A stretch of DNA of 64,000 nucleotides from Betaproteobacteria bacterium (GTDB lineage: Bacteria; Pseudomonadota; Gammaproteobacteria; Burkholderiales; SG8-39). A model generated the notes under the pieces. That model did no database searches, was not told where the DNA came from, and saw only the letters and a program-made list of their open reading frames with translations. Location: assembly GCA_004297625.1 (NCBI GenBank), contig SCTY01000056.1, forward strand, positions 71,843 through 135,842, in the 5' to 3' direction. The position numbers and the translations under genes are program-made. Positions 15,858 to 23,303 of the stretch are shown here, one piece after another. How positions within the stretch are numbered: the stretch's first letter is position 1; the number at the start of each line of letters is the position of its first letter.

Positions 15858-17458
15858 GTCAGGCTGTAGCGCCCGCTCCTCGCGCGCGCCGCGCCATCGG
15901 CCACGAGCTTGTCGAGATGCGCGGTCAGCGAGCGCGCGGCCACCGGGTGCAGGCGCGGCGGCACGTCGTCGTACACGAGCGGCAGCATTTCTTCGAGCCG
16001 CGGCGTGCCGAGCTTGGCGATCGCCGCGCGCACTTTCGCCTCGCGCATGAGGCGGTGCTGGATCAGGCGCCGCAGCTCCTTGTGCGGATCGCCGATCAGA
16101 TAGCCGTGTCCCGGCGCAAAGATGGCGACGTCCTCCTGAAGCAGGATCTCGAGCGAGCGCAGGTAGGCGCGCATGTTCCCGTCCGGCGGATTGATGACCA
16201 CGGTGGAGCCCTGCATGACGTGGTCGCCGGTGAAGAGCATGCGCGTCTGCTCGAGCAGGTAGCAGAGGTGGTTCGAGGCGTGACCGGGCGTGTGAATGGC
16301 TCTCAAAGATAAAGAGCCCAGTTGAAGGCGGTCGTTGTGCGAAAGCACTTCATCGGGCGCGAAGCTCGCGTCCTGGCCCGCCGGCGGCGGGCGCCCAAAG
16401 ACCGTGGCGCCGGTGGCCGCCTTGATCGCCGCCGCGGCCGGGGAATGGTCGAGGTGCGTGTGCGTGCACAGAATCCAGCGGATCTTGCCGTGCGAAAGGA
16501 TGCGCTCGATGTGCGAATCGAGCGCCGGTCCCGGGTCGATCACGGCCAGCTCTTCCTCGCCGACGAGGTAGGTGTTGGTGCCGGGCCCGGTCATCATGCC
16601 GGGGTTCGGCGCGGTAAGCCGCGTCACGAAACGATCGAGCCGCTTCGGCACGCCGGCGACCAGGTCGTAGGAGGTTTGGCCGGTCTCCTCCGGATCGCTC
16701 CAGTGAATCTCGAAGTACTGCGGATCGGCGCGGCGAAAGAGCCGAGGCCCCTCGGCGCCTTGTGCCCAGCACGCGCGATTGGTCGGAATCTCGGGCAGGC
16801 CGGCCGCGTGCTGGAAGGCGGCACGCGGCTCGGAGAACCGCCCAAGATCGGTGAGCGTGTGCTTCGTAGCGAACACCAGCTCGATTTCGCCGCGCTTGCC
16901 GCGCTCGAGCGCCTCGCGCGGGCTGATCCACACGTCGTGCACGGTCTCGTTCGCGTCGTGCGCGCCCTGCTGCCCTTCGGGCGCCAGCGCGACGAAGAAC
17001 CGCGTATCGAAGCGCCGCGGGCGTCCCGCCGCGGTGATCCAGTGCCCATAGTAGGCAAGCGCGTTCGCCGGTATGTAGAGGTCCTCGGCGTCGAGCAGCT
17101 CGAGAAACGGACGATGGCGGTACGCCATGAGCTTTTGCGCCCGGCCGGCAGAAACCGGCTCTCCGCGCGCGTCGCGGGCGAGCAGAACGCCCGCTTCCTC
17201 GAAGCACTCGCGCACCGCGGCGACGTAGTACGCGAGGCCGCCGGAAGCGAGGCCGAGCCGCTCGCTCGCCTGCGCGTCCGTAAGGCCGACAACGCGCCGC
17301 GCTTCGGCGTCGGGGGCGTCGATCGCCCCGCCGGGGAAAACGTACGCGCCGCCGAGGAATACGGCGTTCTTCGTGCGCTGCAGAAGCAGCGTTTCCAGGC
17401 CGCCCGGGCCGGAGCGCAGCAGAATGAGGGTTGCTGCCGGGCGCGGCGCCAGGGCCAT
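15854..17458 (-). CDS. fusion protein: N-terminal Nudix-like domain plus C-terminal MBL-fold metallo-hydrolase (glyoxalase II-like)
   Basis: 534 aa starting at ATG 17458. The Nudix-box remnant is AAVRECFEEAGVLL. The MBL motifs are ILCTHTHLDH and HTPGHASNH. Both ends overlap the neighbouring genes (TGATG, ATGA). Confidence 0.85.
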   Translation of the reverse strand: MALAPRPAATLILLRSGPGGLETLLLQRTKNAVFLGGAYVFPGGAIDAPDAEARRVVGLTDAQASERLGLASGGLAYYVAAVRECFEEAGVLLARDARGEPVSAGRAQKLMAYRHRPFLELLDAEDLYIPANALAYYGHWITAAGRPRRFDTRFFVALAPEGQQGAHDANETVHDVWISPREALERGKRGEIELVFATKHTLTDLGRFSEPRAAFQHAAGLPEIPTNRACWAQGAEGPRLFRRADPQYFEIHWSDPEETGQTSYDLVAGVPKRLDRFVTRLTAPNPGMMTGPGTNTYLVGEEELAVIDPGPALDSHIERILSHGKIRWILCTHTHLDHSPAAAAIKAATGATVFGRPPPAGQDASFAPDEVLSHNDRLQLGSLSLRAIHTPGHASNHLCYLLEQTRMLFTGDHVMQGSTVVINPPDGNMRAYLRSLEILLQEDVAIFAPGHGYLIGDPHKELRRLIQHRLMREAKVRAAIAKLGTPRLEEMLPLVYDDVPPRLHPVAARSLTAHLDKLVADGAARARSGRYSLT

Positions 17459-18363
17459 CAGCGGCAGATGCGCTCGACGATCGCGCGCGCGGGCAGCACC
17501 GAGTCGATGCGGTCGACCGCCTCGCCGGCGAAGAGCACGGCGGTGTCGTAGTCGCGCTTCTCCGCTGCGATCTGATACCGAGATCGCTCTTCGGACAGGC
17601 GGTTCTTCAGCAAATCTTCTTTGCCATGCCAGCTGTCCGAGAAGCGGTTGCGCAGCGCGCGCCCGGTAATGTGCGCCGGCCAGTCGTAGCCGCGCACGAT
17701 GTCGAACACGGTGGTGCGCAGCGTGGCGTCGCCCTGCGCCTGCACGAGCCGCTGTTTCGCCTGAGGCGCGGCGAGCGCTTCGTCGGCGGCGATGAAGCGC
17801 GTGCCGACCAGCACGCCATCGGCGCCGAGCGCACGCGCCGCTTCGAAGCCCGCGGCGTCGACGATGCCGCCGGCAGCGAGCACCGGAATCTTGCCGGCAA
17901 GCGCTTTGACGGCCGGGAGCAGCGCAAAGAGCGAACGCTGGCCGCCGTGGCCGCCGGCTTCGGTGCCCTGCGCGACGAGAACATCGGGCTTCGCGGCGAG
18001 CGCTTCGCGCGTCGTCTCGACGTCCTGCACCTGCAGCACGAGCTTTGCGCCGGAGCGGCGGATCTTTTCGGCGTACGGCCGCGGGTCGCCGAACGAAAGC
18101 ATCACCGCCGCGGGCTTGTGCTCGAGCGCGACGTCGAGGAGCTGCGGCTGGCGCGCGAGGCTCCAGGTGATGAAGCCGATGCCGGCGCGCGCCGGGCCGG
18201 CGAGGCGGAATTGCTCGCGGATCCACGCCGCGTCGCCATATCCGGCACCGAGAAGACCGAGCCCTCCGGCCGCGGATACGGCGGCGGCGAGCGCGCCGCC
18301 CGACACGAAGCCCATCGGCGCGAGCAGCAGCGGTTTTGGGATGTTCAGGATCCGCAGGCTCAT
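17458..18363 (-). CDS. nitronate monooxygenase (NMO / 2-nitropropane dioxygenase-like FMN enzyme)
   Basis: 301 aa starting at ATG 18363 (MSLRILNIPKPLLLAPMG...). Motifs include VAQGTEAGGH and LAAGGI. The start overlaps the SDR stop (ATGA). Confidence 0.85.
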   Translation of the reverse strand: MSLRILNIPKPLLLAPMGFVSGGALAAAVSAAGGLGLLGAGYGDAAWIREQFRLAGPARAGIGFITWSLARQPQLLDVALEHKPAAVMLSFGDPRPYAEKIRRSGAKLVLQVQDVETTREALAAKPDVLVAQGTEAGGHGGQRSLFALLPAVKALAGKIPVLAAGGIVDAAGFEAARALGADGVLVGTRFIAADEALAAPQAKQRLVQAQGDATLRTTVFDIVRGYDWPAHITGRALRNRFSDSWHGKEDLLKNRLSEERSRYQIAAEKRDYDTAVLFAGEAVDRIDSVLPARAIVERICR

Positions 18364-19241
18364 CCGGTCCTTCCCGCACGGTCCTTGTCGTTCTGCGTCC
18401 TGATCATGGCGCGCATCTTTTCCCAATCGGCGTCCGAGAGCTTGTCGAGCTGCGTGAAGTAGGCGCCCGAGCCGCTCGCGAGGTAGCCCGCTCCGTCGAT
18501 CGCCACCGTCTCGCCGGTAAGCCACTCGCAGCCTTCGGCCATCAGGAAAGTGGCAAGGTTCTGCAGCTCTTCCATGCGCCCGACGCGATGCATCGGATTC
18601 AAGCCGATCGACTCTTCGAAGCCGCCGCCGGGACGCAGGCGCTTGGTCGCGCCCTCGGTGGGGAACGGGCCGGGCGCGATCGCGTTGAGGCGGATGCCGT
18701 AGCGTCCCCACTCGACGGCGAGCGACTTGGTCATGACGTGCAGGCCCGCCTTGGACATCGCCGAGGGCACCACGTACGGCGAGCCGGTGTGCACCCAGGT
18801 GACCAGGATGCTGACCACCGAGCCCTTGTGCCCGCCGGCGATCCAGCGCTTGCCCACCGCGTGCGTCACGTAGAACGTGCCGTGAAAGACGGTGTTCGCG
18901 ATGGCGTTGAAGCCGTTCGGCGAAAGATCCTTGGTGGGGCTGATGAAGTTGCCGGCGGCGTTGTTGACGAGGCCCGTCAATGGGCCGGTTTCGTCCCAGA
19001 TCCGCTGCACCATTGCGTCGACGGCAGCCGCGTCGCGGATGTCGACGGAAAGGGTTTTGACTGACCCTCCGTATTTGCCCGTGAGCTCCTTGGCGGTGCT
19101 TTCGAGCACGCTGCCGCGCCGGCCCGCAAGCCAGAGCTCGGCGCCGAGTTCGAGATACCTGGCGGCGATTTCCTTCCCGAGCCCGGTGCCGCCGCCGGTG
19201 ATGAGTATGCGCTTACCCCGGAGCAGGCCGTCTTTGAACAT
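18360..19241 (-). CDS. SDR family oxidoreductase (2,4-dienoyl-CoA reductase-like)
   Basis: 293 aa with the ITGGGTGLG cofactor site, NNAAGNF, and the catalytic region SAMSKAG. Confidence 0.9.
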   Translation of the reverse strand: MFKDGLLRGKRILITGGGTGLGKEIAARYLELGAELWLAGRRGSVLESTAKELTGKYGGSVKTLSVDIRDAAAVDAMVQRIWDETGPLTGLVNNAAGNFISPTKDLSPNGFNAIANTVFHGTFYVTHAVGKRWIAGGHKGSVVSILVTWVHTGSPYVVPSAMSKAGLHVMTKSLAVEWGRYGIRLNAIAPGPFPTEGATKRLRPGGGFEESIGLNPMHRVGRMEELQNLATFLMAEGCEWLTGETVAIDGAGYLASGSGAYFTQLDKLSDADWEKMRAMIRTQNDKDRAGRTG

Positions 19242-19247
19242 GCCCCG

Positions 19248-19253
19248 ATTTTA
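19248..19253 (-). promoter_or_regulatory. -10-like hexamer TAAAAT exactly 6 nt upstream of the SDR operon ATG (putative leaderless transcript)
   Basis: The minus strand reads TTAAAAT CGGGGC ATG. No Shine-Dalgarno sequence is present. Confidence 0.4.
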
Positions 19254-19325
19254 AGGGGGCGAACAGCCTCGCGACCGGTGCGATGAGATAACGATAGACC
19301 GCCTCGTCAGCGGCGTCATGCGCTG

Positions 19326-19559
19326 CTAGGCGAACGCGACGGAAGCTTCGCCGGCGAGCGGGTTCAGCACCGCCGTGCCGTGGCGCTTGAGCTGGTAGCT
19401 ATGGCCTTGCTCGAGGACGATATCGTTCGGGTCGTTTTCCTCGGTAATCCAAACGCATCCCTCGATAGCGGATACGGTATGGCCGAACCCATCGACGACC
19501 TTCAGGGTCTGGTTCGGACCGAGCTTGACGGAGGCGCCGGATTTGAATTCGATTTGCAT
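19326..19559 (-). CDS. DUF2917-like small protein
   Basis: 77 aa from ATG 19559, preceded by AAGGAG with a 5-nt spacer. It is divergent from a LysR gene, as is typical for this family in Burkholderiales. The longer 88-aa start would run through the operator palindrome and was rejected. Confidence 0.7.
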   Translation of the reverse strand: MQIEFKSGASVKLGPNQTLKVVDGFGHTVSAIEGCVWITEENDPNDIVLEQGHSYQLKRHGTAVLNPLAGEASVAFA

Positions 19560-19581
19560 ACAGGCTCCTTGTTTGGTATGA

Positions 19582-19597
19582 CAAGGATGCATCCTTG
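19582..19597. promoter_or_regulatory. perfect 16-bp palindrome CAAGGATGCATCCTTG, a candidate LysR operator
   Basis: It lies in the 75-bp divergent region between the DUF2917 gene and the LysR gene. A third CCTTG half-site sits at 19568-19572. Confidence 0.5.
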
Positions 19598-19634
19598 CTG
19601 CACTGCACTCAAACGGTAAATTTTCAAGTCATAC

Positions 19635-20543
19635 ATGAGAAATAGGAATGCTTTGCCGCCCATGGACCTGCTCGTCGGGTTCGAGGCGGCGGCACGCCAT
19701 CTCTCGTTCACCAAGGCGGGCGAGGAGCTTTTTCTGACCCAGTCGGCGGTGAGCCGCCAAATCAAGGATTTGGAAGACGAGCTGGGCGTCGCGCTGTTCC
19801 ACCGGCGCCACCGGGCGCTGCTCCTCACCGAAGCGGGCAAGCAGTTCTACGCCGCCACCGCGCAAGTGCTCACGACCATGCGTTCGGCCACCGAGCGCCT
19901 GCGCAGCCAGGCGGGCAAGAAGGCGCTGTCGGTCACGACGACGCACTCGTTTGCGGCGCTGTGGCTGATCCCGCGCCTCGCCGGCTTTACGCGCATGCAT
20001 CCGGGCGTGGATGTGCGCATTACCGCCGACACGCGGGTGCAGGATCTCGAGCGCGATGGGCTCGACCTCGCGATTCGCCACGGCCCCGCGTCGCTGGCGG
20101 GTTCGCACGCCATCCGCCTGTTCGGCGAGCGCGTGTTCCCGGTGTGCAGCCCGGACCTGCTCAAGAGCAACCCGTTGAAGAAGCCCGCGGACCTCGTTCG
20201 TCATGTGCTGCTGCAGTACGACGATCCGGAGGGGCGCCATCCGTGGCTGCACTGGAAGGCGTGGCTGGAGGTGGCCGGCATTCCCGAGCTGCGCCCGGCG
20301 CGCACGCTCTCTTTCTCGGGGTACGAGCAGATCATTCCCGCCGCCCTCGCCGGACATGGCATTGCGCTCGGGCGCACGCCGCTCGTGAAGGACTTGCTCG
20401 CCTCCGGCGAGCTCGTAGCCCCGTTTTCCAGCAGCGCCGACCCGGCGCGCGCCTACTACGTGATCATGTCGCAGCGCGCCGCCGCGAGGGCCGAAGTGGC
20501 CGGCTTCGTCGCCTGGCTGCGGCAGGAAGCCGCTCAAGGTTAA
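19635..20543 (+). CDS. LysR family transcriptional regulator (GcvA-like)
   Basis: 302 aa with the N-terminal HTH LSFTKAGEELFLTQSAVSRQIKDLE. Confidence 0.93.
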   Translation: MRNRNALPPMDLLVGFEAAARHLSFTKAGEELFLTQSAVSRQIKDLEDELGVALFHRRHRALLLTEAGKQFYAATAQVLTTMRSATERLRSQAGKKALSVTTTHSFAALWLIPRLAGFTRMHPGVDVRITADTRVQDLERDGLDLAIRHGPASLAGSHAIRLFGERVFPVCSPDLLKSNPLKKPADLVRHVLLQYDDPEGRHPWLHWKAWLEVAGIPELRPARTLSFSGYEQIIPAALAGHGIALGRTPLVKDLLASGELVAPFSSSADPARAYYVIMSQRAAARAEVAGFVAWLRQEAAQG

Positions 20544-20623
20544 TAAATCTTCAACCTCCTGTTTACGCGCGGGTGCGGCGCCGTTAGGGTCTTTCCCGGT
20601 TTCCGGCAAAAAGGAGGGGAGAG

Positions 20624-20998
20624 ATGAACGACACGCTGGCGGTCGGCGCCGCATCCGCCATAGAGGTTTTCGACCTGAAGGGCCTGCAGGAATTCGCGGC
20701 CGACAAGCGCGTGCGCAAGGCGCTCGTCAAAGGCGGGCAGATCGACGTCGAGATGGCCTGCTACGAGCCCGGCCAGTCGACGGTCATGCACGCGCATCCG
20801 CGCCAGGACGAGATCTTCTACGTCGTGGAAGGGCGGGTGAACATGTGCATCGGCGGCACCGAGCACGCTTTCGATGCGGGCGCCATGGTGCACGTCCACC
20901 ATGGCACCACGCACGACGTGCGCAACGCCGGCGCGGCGCGCTCCTCGATCATATTTTTCAAGCTCGCGATCGGCCTGCTCGGCGCGATCAAATCGTAA
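20624..20998 (+). CDS. cupin domain protein
   Basis: 124 aa with cupin motifs MHAHPRQDEIFYVVEG and VHVHHGTTH. A strong RBS (AAAGGAGGGG) lies upstream. Confidence 0.85.
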   Translation: MNDTLAVGAASAIEVFDLKGLQEFAADKRVRKALVKGGQIDVEMACYEPGQSTVMHAHPRQDEIFYVVEGRVNMCIGGTEHAFDAGAMVHVHHGTTHDVRNAGAARSSIIFFKLAIGLLGAIKS

Positions 20999-21992
20999 GC
21001 ACGATCTTGCCGATGTGCTGCGAGCTTTCCATCAAGCGGTGCGCATCGGCCGCCTGCTCGAGCGGGAAGGTCTTGTAGATCTCGGGCTTGATGCGGCCGG
21101 CCTCGATGAGCGGCCAGATTTTCTCGCGCAGGTTGCGCGCGAGATAGCCCTTGAATTCCACGGGGCGCGGGCGCAGCGTCGAGCCGGTAAGGGTGAGGCG
21201 CCGGCGCATGAGCTCGTTGATGTCGAGCTCGGTCTTCGGCCCGCGCAGGAACGCGATGAACACGAGGCGGCCGTCGTCGGCGAGGCACTTCAGCTCCTTG
21301 GGAACGTAGTCGCCGCCCACCATGTCGAGGATGACGTTCACCCCCTTGCCGCCGGTCGCCGCCTTGATCTCTGCAGCGAAGTCCTGCGTGCGGTAGTTGA
21401 TCGCCTTCTCGGCGCCCAGGCGCAGGCACGCGGCGCACTTCTCGTCCGAGCCCGCGGTGGCGAACACGCGGTTGCCGGTGGCCGCCGCCATCTGGATCGC
21501 CGTCACGCCGATCCCCGAGGTGCCGCCCTGCACGAGCAGCGACTCTCCGGGAGCGAGCCGCCCGCGATCGTAGACGTTGCCCCAGACGGTGAAGAAGGTC
21601 TCCGGCAGCGACGCGGCCTCGGTGAGCGAAAGACCTTTCGGCACGGGGAGCGCCTGCACTTCCGGTGCGACGCAATATTCGGCGTAGCCGCCGCCGTGCA
21701 CCAAGGCGCAGACCTTGTCGCCGAGCCTGAAGTTTTTTGCGGAAGAACCTGATTGCACCACTTCACCGGCGACCTCGAGGCCCGGCAGATCGGACGCATC
21801 CGGCGGCACGGGATAGTTGCCCGAGCGTTGCAGCACGTCGGGCCGGTTCACGCCCGCGGCGGCGACCTTGATCAGGATCTCATTCGCTTTCGGCGCCGGC
21901 ACCGGGCGCTCGGTGGGCTCGAGCACGTCGGGGCCGCCCGGCTGGCGAATCTGCACGGCTTTCATGTTTTTCGGCAATGTCATCTGTGCCAT
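20988..21992 (-). CDS. NAD(P)H:quinone oxidoreductase (MDR superfamily, PIG3-like)
   Basis: 334 aa with the GGTSGIG cofactor motif and the typical zeta-crystallin-like layout. Confidence 0.9.
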   Translation of the reverse strand: MAQMTLPKNMKAVQIRQPGGPDVLEPTERPVPAPKANEILIKVAAAGVNRPDVLQRSGNYPVPPDASDLPGLEVAGEVVQSGSSAKNFRLGDKVCALVHGGGYAEYCVAPEVQALPVPKGLSLTEAASLPETFFTVWGNVYDRGRLAPGESLLVQGGTSGIGVTAIQMAAATGNRVFATAGSDEKCAACLRLGAEKAINYRTQDFAAEIKAATGGKGVNVILDMVGGDYVPKELKCLADDGRLVFIAFLRGPKTELDINELMRRRLTLTGSTLRPRPVEFKGYLARNLREKIWPLIEAGRIKPEIYKTFPLEQAADAHRLMESSQHIGKIVLTI

Positions 21993-22027
21993 GATAGCCG
22001 CTGGCTCAAGGGGGAGCGGAGGCCCGC

Positions 22028-22288
22028 GTGGCTCAATTTCGCGTTGAATTCGTGCTCGATCAGGAGACCGGCAAGTATCTTGCCGAGCTCTATCACCCGG
22101 ACCGGCAGAGCGAGCTTGTCGCGCGCACCGAGGCGCTGTACCCGTCGCAGGAAGCCGCGGTGCTCGGGGTGGTGCAGCTTTTCAAGAACGCCGTTCTCAC
22201 TTTCCCCAAAAAGGCGAGAAAGCCGAAGAAAAAGGCCGCGAAAGCCAGGAAAGCAAAACGTAAACCGACGCGCAGAAGGAGGAAATAG
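22028..22288 (+). CDS. small protein with a Lys/Arg-rich histone H1-like C-terminal tail
   Basis: The GTG at 22028 is preceded by GGAGG with a 5-nt spacer. 86 aa: a 55-aa globular-looking N-terminus followed by PKKARKPKKKAAKARKAKRKPTRRRRK. The stop lies 3 nt before the TAXI gene, whose RBS (AAGGAGG) sits inside the tail-coding region. Confidence 0.6.
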   Translation: MAQFRVEFVLDQETGKYLAELYHPDRQSELVARTEALYPSQEAAVLGVVQLFKNAVLTFPKKARKPKKKAAKARKAKRKPTRRRRK

Positions 22289-22291
22289 CCC

Positions 22292-23302
22292 ATGGCATTT
22301 GCACGAGCAGCGCTCGCTGCCGCCCTGCTGGCCGCCACGCCGGCCATGGCGGACTTCAACGACAAGCAGCCGATCACCGCGACGGTGACCGGCGCCACTC
22401 CCAGCGGTTATCCGCGCACGATGGTCGAGGGCCTGAATGCCGTGGTGCGCGACGCCTATCCCGGCTCCGCGGTTTCGTTCAAGCCGAATTCGCCCGGCGG
22501 CGGCGTGCAGGCCATCGCCACCAAGCAAGCGGATTTCACCGCCACGGCGACGGGCACCGAGGTCAGGCTCGCGAACGAGGGGCAGTTCCCCTTCAAGGAA
22601 TCGCTGAAGGGCAGGTTCAGCTACGTGATGGAGCTCTACGACAACCAGTTCATCCACTTCATCATGACCAAGGAGTGGGCGGACGCGAACGGCATCAAGT
22701 CGTGGGCCGACATCGCGAAGAAGAAGCCGCGCATGCGCCTCGCCATCAACCGGCCGGACAACCCGCAGACCACGATCGGCGCGCCCTACGAGGTGATGAA
22801 GGCCTACGGCTTCACCATCAACGATATCGAGAAGTGGGGCGGCAGCTACGTGCTCGGCAACAGCGCGATCGGCCTGAGCGCGATCACCGACGGCAAGGCC
22901 GACGTGTTCATGAACGCGCGCAACCTCGGCGACTCCCTCATCAAGGACATCGCCGGCAAGCGCGCGCTGCTGTGGATCGACGGCGACCAGGCGACGGTGC
23001 AGAAGGCGGCCGATACCTTCAACAACAAGGCCGACATGGTGCCGGCGGGCACCTACCCTTTCATGGAGAAGCCGTACCCGGCGGTGCGCCAGTGGGTGGC
23101 GTTGCTTGCGGGCAGCCATGTGCCCGACGAGGTGGTGTACAAGTACGTGAAGGCGATCGCCGAGAATGAGGCGCGCGTGCACGCGATCGGCGGCTCGCTG
23201 AAGACCGGCTTCGCCGCGGCCAAGATGGCGACCAATCCGGCGAATCTGCCCTACCACCCCGGCGCGCTGCGCTATTACAGGGAAAAGGGGCTAGTTAAGT
23301 AG
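22292..23302 (+). CDS. TAXI-family TRAP transporter solute-binding protein
   Basis: 336 aa with a signal peptide (MAFARAALAAALLAATPAMA). The layout is TAXI-like, and a fused TRAP permease gene follows directly. Confidence 0.8.
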   Translation: MAFARAALAAALLAATPAMADFNDKQPITATVTGATPSGYPRTMVEGLNAVVRDAYPGSAVSFKPNSPGGGVQAIATKQADFTATATGTEVRLANEGQFPFKESLKGRFSYVMELYDNQFIHFIMTKEWADANGIKSWADIAKKKPRMRLAINRPDNPQTTIGAPYEVMKAYGFTINDIEKWGGSYVLGNSAIGLSAITDGKADVFMNARNLGDSLIKDIAGKRALLWIDGDQATVQKAADTFNNKADMVPAGTYPFMEKPYPAVRQWVALLAGSHVPDEVVYKYVKAIAENEARVHAIGGSLKTGFAAAKMATNPANLPYHPGALRYYREKGLVK

Positions 23303-23303
23303 T

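Noticed and set aside
19560-19592. Longer start (MHPCHTKQGAC...) for the DUF2917-like ORF
   Set aside because: These codons are the operator palindrome and RBS region. A good AAGGAG RBS precedes the internal ATG at 19559.
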